Below, piece after piece: positions 38,386-48,879 of a stretch of 64,000 bases of DNA. The notes beneath the pieces were generated by a model, which saw only the letters and a list, made by a program, of their open reading frames with translations, was not told the DNA's origin and did no database searches. Within the stretch, counting starts at the first letter, position 1. The number at the start of each line of letters is the position of its first letter. This DNA comes from Candidatus Omnitrophota bacterium (GTDB lineage Bacteria > Omnitrophota > Gorgyraeia > Ghiorseimicrobiales > Ghiorseimicrobiaceae), in the NCBI GenBank assembly GCA_030681595.1, contig JAUXSB010000009.1, positions 24,265 through 88,264 of the forward strand, read 5' to 3'. A program made the position numbers and the translations under genes.

Positions 38386-38589
38386 ATGGATACGTCATTA
38401 TTATTTGCAGGTGTAATTTTTGGTTCAATTGGTACGGCGTATTTTGTCTATGGCAAAAAACAGCAAAACTGGATTGCCTTTGTTTGTGGTATAATATTAT
38501 GCGTAACCCCTTATTTTATAGCAAACATATATTTACTAGTGGCAACAGGTATTGTATTGGGAGTTTTGCCGTTTTTAATAAAATTATAA
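38386..38589 (+). CDS. hypothetical small membrane protein (two predicted TM helices)
   Basis: 67-75 aa and hydrophobic. No recognisable family. The start could be 38362 or 38386. Confidence 0.4.
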   Translation: MDTSLLFAGVIFGSIGTAYFVYGKKQQNWIAFVCGIILCVTPYFIANIYLLVATGIVLGVLPFLIKL

Positions 38590-38665
38590 CCGTTCTATGT
38601 CTGCGAGGTGTACGGCTAAAAGGGGGCTCAGAGTAATTTTCTAACCGAGATGAAAAAAGGCTGCC

Positions 38666-38908
38666 ATGATTGATGAGATTAAAAAATATATAGCGCAAGT
38701 CAAGGGTTCGGTCAATTGCCGCAAGGATTTTAAGTGCCTGAAATCAGATTTTAAGGATACCTGTAAAGCAAGGTATAGCGGTGAAGGTAATCAACTGGAA
38801 TGTCTTGAAGAAGAGCCTCTGGATTGTAAATTTTCCGTTTTACGCAGCGATTTATTTTTTTGCCAATGCCCAATTAGGGCATATATCGCAGAAAAATTAA
38901 AAGAATAA
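38666..38908 (+). CDS. hypothetical Cys-rich small protein (8 Cys in 80 aa)
   Basis: C-x6-C…C…C…C…C-x-C pattern. No family recognised. Confidence 0.4.
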   Translation: MIDEIKKYIAQVKGSVNCRKDFKCLKSDFKDTCKARYSGEGNQLECLEEEPLDCKFSVLRSDLFFCQCPIRAYIAEKLKE

Positions 38909-38913
38909 AGTAT

Positions 38914-39645
38914 ATGTTATTAGCTATAGATATAGGTAATACTAATATAACTTGTGGGATATTCGCGGACGGTCGCCTTAAAAAAAGGTTTAATATCGCG
39001 ACGAGCGAATATTCTTTTGCCACATTAAAAAAGGCAATGATGAAGGCAAGTATAGACGACGCGATTATTTGCAGTGTCGTGCCTTTTGCTACTAATAAAG
39101 TTGCCAAAGATTTAAAAGGATTTTTAGGTAAGAACGCGTACATAATAGGTGAAGATATAAAGGTACCGATAAAAAATCTTTATCGTAAGCCAAAAGAGGT
39201 GGGGCAGGATAGGCTGGTTAATGCTTATGCGGGCGTTTTGCTTTACGGCTCACCCCTAATTGTGATTGACTTCGGTACTGCCATTACCTTTGATGTAATT
39301 TCAAAAAATAAAGAATATTTAGGGGGAATGATTTTGCCGGGATTAGGGATTTCCTTGGAAGCGCTTTACGAGCGTACCGCGCTTCTTCCGAAAATAAAGT
39401 TAGAAAGCCCCCGCGAATTAATCGGCCGCAGCACCAAAAACAGTATGCTTAGCGGGATTGTCTATGGTTTTGCCTGCCTTGCTGATGATTTAAGCGAAAG
39501 GATAAAAGCTCAAATCGGAAAAGGCGTTAAGGTTATCGCAACAGGCGGGAATATCAGTTTAATCACTAAATACTGCCGGAAAATAGATAAAATAGACCCT
39601 GATTTGACCCTCAAGGGATTAAATTTGCTTTATCGAAACACCTAA
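38914..39645 (+). CDS. coaX: type III pantothenate kinase
   Basis: N-terminal LAIDIGNTN. Acetate/sugar kinase fold. Confidence 0.88.
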   Translation: MLLAIDIGNTNITCGIFADGRLKKRFNIATSEYSFATLKKAMMKASIDDAIICSVVPFATNKVAKDLKGFLGKNAYIIGEDIKVPIKNLYRKPKEVGQDRLVNAYAGVLLYGSPLIVIDFGTAITFDVISKNKEYLGGMILPGLGISLEALYERTALLPKIKLESPRELIGRSTKNSMLSGIVYGFACLADDLSERIKAQIGKGVKVIATGGNISLITKYCRKIDKIDPDLTLKGLNLLYRNT

Positions 39646-39679
39646 CCCGCCTTAAAAATTTTTAAATCCAAAAAAATCC

Positions 39680-39708
39680 TTGACAGCTTTTTTGGTTTAT
39701 GCTATTTT
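39680..39708 (+). promoter_or_regulatory. groESL promoter (TTGACA-17-TGcTATTTT, extended -10)
   Basis: Consensus -35. The -10 overlaps the CIRCE left arm, as in HrcA-controlled promoters. Confidence 0.5.
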
Positions 39709-39733
39709 AGCACTTCCCTAGCAAGAGTGCTAA
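39707..39733 (+). promoter_or_regulatory. CIRCE operator (HrcA binding site): TTAGCACTT-N9-GAGTGCTAA
   Basis: Matches the CIRCE consensus TTAGCACTC-N9-GAGTGCTAA at 17 of 18 positions. Upstream of groES. Confidence 0.85.
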
Positions 39734-39872
39734 AATGATGTTTGGCGCTTTGATTTGCTCCTTGCTTAAGCGCTCGTTCCGAAATTTCGGAACCACGCAA
39801 GCTTCGGAGTTAACTCACATTTATAATCCCGAAGCTTCGGGATTATAGTTTCATTAAAAGGAGGTGTAGGAA

Positions 39873-40163
39873 ATGGAAATTAAACCATTAGGAGACAGGG
39901 TGGTAATTAAACCCTTAGAAGCAGAGTCAAAAACCAAAGGCGGGATTGTACTTCCGGATACCGCTAAGGAAAAGCCGCAAGAAGGTAAAGTTATTGCTGT
40001 GGGCAAAGGTAAGGTTTTGGACAGCGGCATAGTCCAGGCATTAGAGGTTAAAAAAGGTGATAAAGTACTTTACGGAAAATATAGCGGTAATGAAGTGACC
40101 ACCAAGGAAGGCGACGAACTGATTATCATGCGTGAGGATGATATACTCGCAATTATAGGTTAA
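39873..40163 (+). CDS. groES: co-chaperonin GroES
   Basis: 96 aa Cpn10. Confidence 0.93.
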   Translation: MEIKPLGDRVVIKPLEAESKTKGGIVLPDTAKEKPQEGKVIAVGKGKVLDSGIVQALEVKKGDKVLYGKYSGNEVTTKEGDELIIMREDDILAIIG

Positions 40164-40175
40164 CATTAAAAAATA

Positions 40176-40251
40176 AGTTGGTTAGTTGGTTAGTTGGTTA
40201 GTTGGTTAGGTTTAACGAACCAACAAACTATCAAACTAACAAACTAAAACC
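40176..40251. repeat. (agttggtt)x4-5 tandem octamer followed by its inverted complement, between groES and groEL
   Basis: Read directly. Forms a long AT-rich hairpin. No spacers, so not CRISPR. Confidence 0.8.
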
Positions 40252-40266
40252 GACGAGCGTAAGTGA

Positions 40267-41919
<1,653 letters not shown>

Positions 41920-41955
41920 AGTAGAATCAAGAACTAAGAATTAAGAACAAAAAAA

Positions 41956-41991
41956 GAGGCGAAGAAGAATTCCGGTCTTCGCCTCTTTTTT
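41956..41991 (+). terminator. rho-independent terminator after groEL
   Basis: gaggcgaaga-N10-tcttcgcctc stem followed by TTTTTT. Confidence 0.8.
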
Positions 41992-42014
41992 ATATTGGTT
42001 ATTAGCAAAAAGGG

Positions 42015-42043
42015 TTGACAAGAACGCCTGCATTCGCTATGAT
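42015..42043 (+). promoter_or_regulatory. sigma70-like promoter (TTGACA-17-TATGAT)
   Basis: Consensus hexamers ~70 bp upstream of the IMPDH-like gene. Confidence 0.55.
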
Positions 42044-42114
42044 AAATTTATAGTATTTAGCGTGTTTCTTGCCGAAATCTAATCTTTTAAAATCCCTAAT
42101 GATAAGGAGCGGCT

Positions 42115-43275
42115 ATGGCGGAGTGGTTAGGCATAAATAAAAGAGCAAGGCGTTGTTATGGTTTTGATGAGATCGCCCTTGTACCGGGAATGGCGACCAT
42201 TAATCCTAATGAGGTGGATACCCATTTTGAAATAGCCGGTAAAAAATACCGTATCCCGATTATTGCCGCGGCAATGGATGGGGTAGTGGATGTGCGTTTT
42301 GCCGTAGAAATGGGGCGCCTGGGAGGATTAGCAGTTTTGAACTTAGATGGAGTGCAAACCCGCTATGAAAACCCCAATGAAATTTTAGATGAAATAGCCA
42401 AAGCCGACCCTAAAAAGGCTACAGAATTAGTGCAAAGCGTCTATGTTGCGCCGATTAATGAGAAGCTTATTTCTAAAAGAGTCAGCCAGATTAAGTCAAA
42501 GAAAGTTCCAGCGATCGTCAGCTGCATTCCGGCGCATGCCGATAAATTCGGAAAGATTGCCCAAGAAGCAGGGGTTGATATTTTTATAGTCCAGTCAACC
42601 GTAACCACAACACGGCATATTTCAAACGAATACAAATCGCTTGATTTAGCTAAGTTTTGTAAAACGATGAAGGTGCCGGTGGTTATCGGAAACTGCGTTA
42701 CTTATGATATTACTTTGGAATTAATGGATACCGGCTGTGCGGGCCTCTTAATCGGGATAGGCCCGGGAGCGGCCTGTACAACTCGTGGCGTTTTGGGGAT
42801 AGGGGTTCCTCAGGTAACTGCTACTGTTGACGCGGCAGCCGCGCGGGATTTTTATTATAAACGCACAGGAAAGTATGTCCCGATAATTACCGACGGCGGT
42901 ATGCGTATCGGCGGCGAAATCTGCAAGGCGTTTGCCTGCGGTGCCGATGCGGTGATGGTGGGTTCTGCTTTTGCTAAAGCGGAAGAAGCGCCCGGCCGCG
43001 GTTATCACTGGGGAATGGCAACATCGCATGTAAACCTTCCGCGCGGAACACGCATTTACGTTGGTACCAGCGGAAAATTAGAAGAGATAATTTTCGGCCC
43101 AGCCAAGACTGATGACGGTTCCCAGAATTTAATGGGGGCATTAACTACGTCTATGGGCTGTTTAGGCGCAAAAGACATAAAAGAGATGTACGACGTAGAA
43201 ATTATTATCGCCCCTTCAATACAGACGGAAGGAAAAATATTTCAAGCGGCGCAAAGGGTAGGGATGGGGAAATAA
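42115..43275 (+). CDS. IMP dehydrogenase/GMP reductase-family protein lacking the CBS (Bateman) subdomain
   Basis: 386 aa TIM barrel. Catalytic loop GIGPGAACTTR and the GGMRIGGEICKA phosphate-binding region. No ~120 aa CBS insert. Confidence 0.8.
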   Translation: MAEWLGINKRARRCYGFDEIALVPGMATINPNEVDTHFEIAGKKYRIPIIAAAMDGVVDVRFAVEMGRLGGLAVLNLDGVQTRYENPNEILDEIAKADPKKATELVQSVYVAPINEKLISKRVSQIKSKKVPAIVSCIPAHADKFGKIAQEAGVDIFIVQSTVTTTRHISNEYKSLDLAKFCKTMKVPVVIGNCVTYDITLELMDTGCAGLLIGIGPGAACTTRGVLGIGVPQVTATVDAAAARDFYYKRTGKYVPIITDGGMRIGGEICKAFACGADAVMVGSAFAKAEEAPGRGYHWGMATSHVNLPRGTRIYVGTSGKLEEIIFGPAKTDDGSQNLMGALTTSMGCLGAKDIKEMYDVEIIIAPSIQTEGKIFQAAQRVGMGK

Positions 43276-44817
43276 GTGCCTAAAAACACTATACTAATTT
43301 TGGATTTTGGTTCGCAATACACACAGTTGATTGCGCGCCGTGTGCGCGAGAATAACGTTTTTAGTTTAATCGTGCCTTATAATATTAAGGCCGCTGAAAT
43401 TAAGAAGCTCAGCCCCCGGGGCTTAATTCTTTCCGGGGGCCCTGCAAGCGTATATGCCAAGGTTTCTCCCCAGCCGGATAAAAATATATATAAATTAGGT
43501 ATTCCCATTTTAGGTATTTGTTATGGTTTGCAGGTGAGCGCGCAGATTTTAGGCGGCAGGGTTAAATTTAGCAAACAGCGTGAATACGGCCGGGTTGAGT
43601 TTTTTGCGGATGACCATAAAGACCTTTTTAATGGCGTATCCGGTAACTTTACCTGCTGGATGAGTCATGGAGATTATTTAACCGGGCTTCCCAAAGGTTT
43701 TAGCTGTATTGGGCACACTTTAAATACTCCGCTAGCTGCAATTGCCGATAGGAAGCGGCGTATATTCGGGCTGCAGTTCCATCCGGAAGTAGCACATACA
43801 CAAAAGGGCGATAAGATTTTAGCTAACTTTTTGTTTAAGGTATGCGGCTGTTCTTCGGATTGGGTGATGGAATCATTTATAAAAGAAGCGATAGATAAAA
43901 TCAGAAAGGCTGTCGGAAAAAAGAAGGTTATTTGTGGCCTATCCGGAGGGGTGGATTCTTCGGTTGTTGCTTTACTTATCCATAAGGCTATCGGTAACCA
44001 ACTGCGATGTATTTTTATTGATAACGGCCTATTGCGTAAAGACGAGCCGGAGCAGGTAAGAAAAACTTTTAAGGAGCATTTTAAGATAAATTTGGATTAT
44101 GTTGTGGCAGGCGCGCGGTTTTTAAAGAAACTCAAGGGCGTAACTGACCCGGAAGAAAAAAGAAAAATTATCGGCAATGAATTCGTTAAGGTTTTTGAAG
44201 AAGAGGCGGTTAAATTTAAAGGCGCGGAGTTTTTAGCGCAGGGTACGCTTTATCCGGATGTGATTGAGTCTGTCCCGGCGTTCGGGGGGCCAACCGCAAA
44301 AATTAAGACACATCACAATGTCGGCGGGCTTCCTTTAAATATGAAACTTAAACTCATTGAGCCGTTGCGCGAATTATTCAAGGATGAAGTGCGTTTAATT
44401 GGTAAACAACTAGGCCTGCCCGTCAACATTATAAGCCGTCAGCCTTTTCCGGGTCCGGGGCTTGCGATACGCATTATCGGCGAAGTTACCGAAGAACGCC
44501 TCGCGATTGTAAGGGAAGCTGATGAGCGGCTCCTTGAAGAGATAAAAAAATCAGCGATTTATCCGGATATCTGGCAGTCGTTCGCCGTGCTTTTACCGGT
44601 AAAAAGCGTAGGCGTGATGGGCGATGAAAGGACTTATGAGAATGTTGTCGCTGTAAGATGCGTTTCCAGTGTTGACGGCATGACTGCCGACTGGGTAAAA
44701 GTGCCTTATGAAATATTAGAGAAGATTTCCAACAAGATTATTAACGAAGTCAAAGGTATTAATCGCGTTACTTACGATATAAGCTCTAAACCTCCGGCAA
44801 CTATTGAGTGGGAATAA
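43276..44817 (+). CDS. guaA: GMP synthase (glutamine-hydrolysing)
   Basis: 513 aa. GATase-1 (catalytic Cys in GICYG) plus ATP-PPase SGGVDSSV. Confidence 0.93.
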   Translation: MPKNTILILDFGSQYTQLIARRVRENNVFSLIVPYNIKAAEIKKLSPRGLILSGGPASVYAKVSPQPDKNIYKLGIPILGICYGLQVSAQILGGRVKFSKQREYGRVEFFADDHKDLFNGVSGNFTCWMSHGDYLTGLPKGFSCIGHTLNTPLAAIADRKRRIFGLQFHPEVAHTQKGDKILANFLFKVCGCSSDWVMESFIKEAIDKIRKAVGKKKVICGLSGGVDSSVVALLIHKAIGNQLRCIFIDNGLLRKDEPEQVRKTFKEHFKINLDYVVAGARFLKKLKGVTDPEEKRKIIGNEFVKVFEEEAVKFKGAEFLAQGTLYPDVIESVPAFGGPTAKIKTHHNVGGLPLNMKLKLIEPLRELFKDEVRLIGKQLGLPVNIISRQPFPGPGLAIRIIGEVTEERLAIVREADERLLEEIKKSAIYPDIWQSFAVLLPVKSVGVMGDERTYENVVAVRCVSSVDGMTADWVKVPYEILEKISNKIINEVKGINRVTYDISSKPPATIEWE

Positions 44818-44822
44818 TGATG

Positions 44823-44903
44823 AAGTTATAAGTGGTGAGTTATGAGTTATAAATTTAAAAAAGTAACTTAAACTTGTAACTTATAATTTATAACTCATAA
44901 CTT
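44823..44903. repeat. ~80-bp AT-rich near-perfect palindrome (gagttatgagttataaatt … aatttataactcataactt)
   Basis: 19-bp arms with nested inner arms. The same agttatgagttat / ataacttgtaact motif occurs at 6353-6387. Confidence 0.8.
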
Positions 44904-44909
44904 CCAATA

Positions 44910-47900
44910 ATGCTCCACACTTCTGATTTTGTCCATCTGCACCTGCATACCCAATACAGCCTTTTAGACGGTGCCTGTCGGTTAAAGCCCTTAGCAGAGT
45001 TAGCCGCATACTACAAAATGCCGGCCCTAGCGATTACCGACCACGGCAATCTCTTCGGAGCGGTTGAATTCTATTTAGAGATGCAGCAGGCCGGGATTAA
45101 GCCGATTATCGGCTGTGAGGCTTATGTGGCACCCAAATCCCGTTTTGAAAAGGACGCTTCCGGGATTCAAGAAGCATCCAACCATCTTATTCTTTTAGTA
45201 AAAGATGAAGAGGGTTATAAAAATTTAACTAAATTAGTTTCCAGCGCATTCTTGGAAGGTTTCTATTATCGCCCGCGTATTGATAAAGAAATTTTGGCCA
45301 AACATTCCAAAGGCTTAATCGGTCTTAGCGCCTGCCTTAAAGGAGAAATCTCATGCCTTATCCAAGAAGACCGCCTAAATGACGCCCGTAAGGTAATCGG
45401 CGAATTGTCCGTTATCTTTGGAAAAGGCAATTTTTATCTGGAGCTTCAGGAAAATTTGATTCCGGAACAGGCAAAAGTAAATGAGGCCTTGATAAAATTT
45501 GCTAAAGAGTTCAACCTTCCTCTGGTTGCTACTAACGACGTCCATTATTTAAAAAAGGAACATTCCCGGGCGCATGAAATGCTGCTTTGTATACAGACGC
45601 AGGATACTTTGGATAACCCTGACCGGATGAAGTTTCAGACGGAGGAGTTTTATTTTAAGAGCCCGCAGGAGATGAAGGAAGCTTTTAAGGAAATCCCTGA
45701 GGCTATCACGAATACTTTAAGGATTGTCGAAGCGTGTAACCTAGAATTAGATTTTCGTAAAACGCACCTTCCGCATTTTGATCCGCCCGGAGGCAGAAAC
45801 AAGGAACAATACTTAAAAGATCTTTGCGCCGAAGGCCTAAAAAGAAGGTATAAGGAAATTACCCCTGCGATTAGTACCCGGCTGGAACATGAGCTGGAAG
45901 TAATTACCAAAATGGGATTTACGAGTTACTTTCTGATTGTTTGGGATTTCATCCGTTACGCTAAAGAAAAAAATATACCCGTCGGCCCGGGCCGCGGTTC
46001 TGCCGCGGGGAGCTTGGTAAGTTATCTGTTGTGTATTACCGATTTAGACCCTTTAAAATACAAGCTGCTCTTTGAGCGTTTCCTTAATCCGCAGAGGGCG
46101 GGGCTTCCGGATATAGATATAGATTTTTGTTTTGAACGCAGGCCGGAAGTAATTGATTATGTAACGCAAAAATACGGCAAGGAAAACGTTGCTCAGATTA
46201 TTACCTTTGGAACTATGCAGGCAAGGGCGGCGGTAAGAGATGTCGGGCGGGTAATGGGTATGCCCTATGCGGAAGTGGATCGTATTGCCAAGCTCATACC
46301 GCCAGAACTAAATATCGTTTTAAAAGATGCGCTTAAGGCCGAGCCGGAACTTTCTAAAATGTATAACGATAACCAGCAGATAAAAGAACTGATAGACAAC
46401 GCTCAAGTCTTGGAAGGTTTAAGCCGCCATGCCTCGATACACGCCGCGGGCGTGGTGATTGCGGATAGGCCACTTTCGGAATACGTGCCCTTATATAAGA
46501 CAGGCGATGACCAAATTACTACTGGTTTTGCCATGGGCTCATTGGAAAAGATGGGCCTTTTAAAGATGGATTTTTTGGGCCTGCGTACTCTCACCGTAAT
46601 AGATAAAGCCGTAAAAGCTATAAAAGAAACCAAGCATATAGATGTGGATATTAATAATATTACCTTTGATAATAAAAAGACTTTTGAATTGTTATGCGCG
46701 GCTAAAACTATCGGAATATTTCAGCTGGAAAGTTCAGGCATGCGCGATTTATTGCGCAAGCTTAACCCCAGCCGCTTTGAGGATTTGATCGCCTTACTTG
46801 CGCTTTACCGCCCCGGACCCATAGGAAGCGGGATGTTAGATGATTTTATTAACCGTAAAGCCGGGCGTATCCCGATAAAATATGACCATAAAAAATTAGA
46901 GCCGATTTTAGCCGATACTTACGGCATAATGGTTTACCAGGAGCAGATAATGCAGATAGCCTCTGCTCTTGCCGGATTTACAATGGCACAGGCAGATTTA
47001 TTACGCCGGGCAATTGCTAAAAAAATACCGGAGGTTATGGACCAGCAACGGCGTATTTTTTGCGACGGTTGCCTTAAGAATAATATTGATAAGGCGATTG
47101 CCGAAAAGGTTTTTGACTTGATTGACTATTTCTCCGGATACGGCTTTAACCGTTCGCATTCGGCCGCATATGCGGTTATTTCATACCGCACGGCATATCT
47201 TAAGGCGAATTTTCCGGTCGAGTTTATGAGTGCTCTTCTCACTAGCGAAAAAGACAATACCGATAAGATAGTAGAATACGTAAACGAAGCCAAAGAGATG
47301 GGGATCGAGGTGCTCAGGCCGGACGTAAATGAAAGCTTTTCTAATTTCGCTATTATTGGCGAAAAGGCAATAAGGTTTGGGTTGGCCGCGGTAAAAAATA
47401 TCGGCTTGGGCTCAATTGAATCAATCCTTGAAGTAAGAAAAGCGAAGGGGAAATTTAAGGATATTTATGATTTTTGCGAGGCAGTGGATTTACGGCTGGT
47501 AAATAAAAAAGTCGTAGAAAGCCTGGTTAAATGCGGAGCGCTTGATTCATTCGGCTTATACCGCGCGCAGATGGCGATGATGTTGGATAAAGTATTAGAG
47601 ATAAGTTCCAAATTGCAACGGGAAAGAAACAGCCGCCAGCTTTCATTTTTCGACGGGCCTGCGTCTTCCGTTAATGGTTTTTCTTATGTTAATAAAGATA
47701 TCCCCCAGATTAAAGAGTGGCCAGAAACCCAGATACTTACTTTTGAGAAAGAGATGCTTGGTTTTTATGTTACGGGGCATCCTCTGGCTAAATATCAGTA
47801 CCAGCTCAAGCAGTTCAGGACCTGCGCAATACCTGAGTTATCCGGCAGAAAAGACGATGAGCCGATCAATATTGCCGGTATGATTATAAGAGTTAAATAT

Positions 47901-48356
47901 ACTACTACCCGGGCAAAGGGCGAAAAGATGGCGATATTAAAACTGGAGGATTTAGAGGGGGCGGTCGAGGCGATTATTTTCCCTGCGGCATTTCGCGAAG
48001 TATCCAGCCATATCCGTGTAAATAATATAGTTATTGTAAAAGGCAGGCTTAACCTTAAGGAAGATACGCCGAAAATTATGGTTAACAGCATTATGCCGTT
48101 AGAAGATGCCTATAAACTGATCAATGCTATACATCTTAATCTTTCAGGGGTACGGGAAAATGTAATAGAGACACTTAAAGATAAGTTTAGCGCAAATTCA
48201 GGCAATACTCCTATTTATCTGCATTTCGATACTTCTTCCAAGCAACGGATTCATGTGCTTGTGGGGGAGGAGCTTTTTGTGCGTCCGGGTGAAGAATTAA
48301 TCAAAGATATAGAGAATATTTTAGGCCCGGAACGCCTTTCCTTCATTTTGCAGTAA
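44910..48356 (+). CDS. dnaE: DNA polymerase III alpha subunit
   Basis: 1148 aa. PHP domain (HLHLHTQYSLLDG), polymerase core, OB fold. Confidence 0.93.
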   Translation: MLHTSDFVHLHLHTQYSLLDGACRLKPLAELAAYYKMPALAITDHGNLFGAVEFYLEMQQAGIKPIIGCEAYVAPKSRFEKDASGIQEASNHLILLVKDEEGYKNLTKLVSSAFLEGFYYRPRIDKEILAKHSKGLIGLSACLKGEISCLIQEDRLNDARKVIGELSVIFGKGNFYLELQENLIPEQAKVNEALIKFAKEFNLPLVATNDVHYLKKEHSRAHEMLLCIQTQDTLDNPDRMKFQTEEFYFKSPQEMKEAFKEIPEAITNTLRIVEACNLELDFRKTHLPHFDPPGGRNKEQYLKDLCAEGLKRRYKEITPAISTRLEHELEVITKMGFTSYFLIVWDFIRYAKEKNIPVGPGRGSAAGSLVSYLLCITDLDPLKYKLLFERFLNPQRAGLPDIDIDFCFERRPEVIDYVTQKYGKENVAQIITFGTMQARAAVRDVGRVMGMPYAEVDRIAKLIPPELNIVLKDALKAEPELSKMYNDNQQIKELIDNAQVLEGLSRHASIHAAGVVIADRPLSEYVPLYKTGDDQITTGFAMGSLEKMGLLKMDFLGLRTLTVIDKAVKAIKETKHIDVDINNITFDNKKTFELLCAAKTIGIFQLESSGMRDLLRKLNPSRFEDLIALLALYRPGPIGSGMLDDFINRKAGRIPIKYDHKKLEPILADTYGIMVYQEQIMQIASALAGFTMAQADLLRRAIAKKIPEVMDQQRRIFCDGCLKNNIDKAIAEKVFDLIDYFSGYGFNRSHSAAYAVISYRTAYLKANFPVEFMSALLTSEKDNTDKIVEYVNEAKEMGIEVLRPDVNESFSNFAIIGEKAIRFGLAAVKNIGLGSIESILEVRKAKGKFKDIYDFCEAVDLRLVNKKVVESLVKCGALDSFGLYRAQMAMMLDKVLEISSKLQRERNSRQLSFFDGPASSVNGFSYVNKDIPQIKEWPETQILTFEKEMLGFYVTGHPLAKYQYQLKQFRTCAIPELSGRKDDEPINIAGMIIRVKYTTTRAKGEKMAILKLEDLEGAVEAIIFPAAFREVSSHIRVNNIVIVKGRLNLKEDTPKIMVNSIMPLEDAYKLINAIHLNLSGVRENVIETLKDKFSANSGNTPIYLHFDTSSKQRIHVLVGEELFVRPGEELIKDIENILGPERLSFILQ

Positions 48357-48498
48357 CCCCTTGATACTAAACCCCATTAGAGATTGCTTTTAAAAACATT
48401 TTAGGAGTAGTTGCTGTATTGAGGAAGCAATAGCGTGGGTAGGTTTTTTTTAGGCGGATGCCTTCGATGGTCTACCCCTAGCGGGGTAAACAATTTGC

Positions 48499-48526
48499 TT
48501 GACTCGACCTAATTAACTGATATAAT
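48499..48526 (+). promoter_or_regulatory. sigma70-like promoter (TTGACT-16-TATAAT) for the HU gene
   Basis: Consensus hexamers ~45 bp upstream of the ATG. Confidence 0.55.
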
Positions 48527-48568
48527 TAAAGTTAGAAAAAAAAGGGATTTCTTAAGTGGAGGTGGAAA

Positions 48569-48841
48569 ATGACCAAAAAAGACATCGCTTTAAAGATCTC
48601 TGATGACAGCCGGATAAAGCAGACTACGGTCAAGGTCGTAGTGCAGAAAACCTTTGATTGCATTGTTGATGCTTTGGCCAGAGGAGAAAGAGTAGAGTTA
48701 CGTAATTTCGGCGTGTTTAAGGTAAAGGAAAGGCGCCCTCGTACAGGTAGGAACCCTCGTACCGGCGAAGTCGTCCCGGTGCCTTCAAGGAAAGTGGTAG
48801 TTTTTAAACCCGGCTTAGAGATGAAACATCAGATAAAATAA
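48569..48841 (+). CDS. hup: HU/IHF-family nucleoid protein
   Basis: 90 aa with the beta-arm motif RNPRTGEVV. Confidence 0.88.
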   Translation: MTKKDIALKISDDSRIKQTTVKVVVQKTFDCIVDALARGERVELRNFGVFKVKERRPRTGRNPRTGEVVPVPSRKVVVFKPGLEMKHQIK

Positions 48842-48879
48842 TCTCTTAATCTGTCCGAGTTTTTAATCGATAAATAAAA

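Noticed and set aside
40176-40251. Possible CRISPR array (regular octamer repeats)
   Set aside because: The units are 8 bp and directly abutting, with no spacers. They are followed by their own inverted complement. This is a simple tandem repeat and hairpin, not CRISPR.
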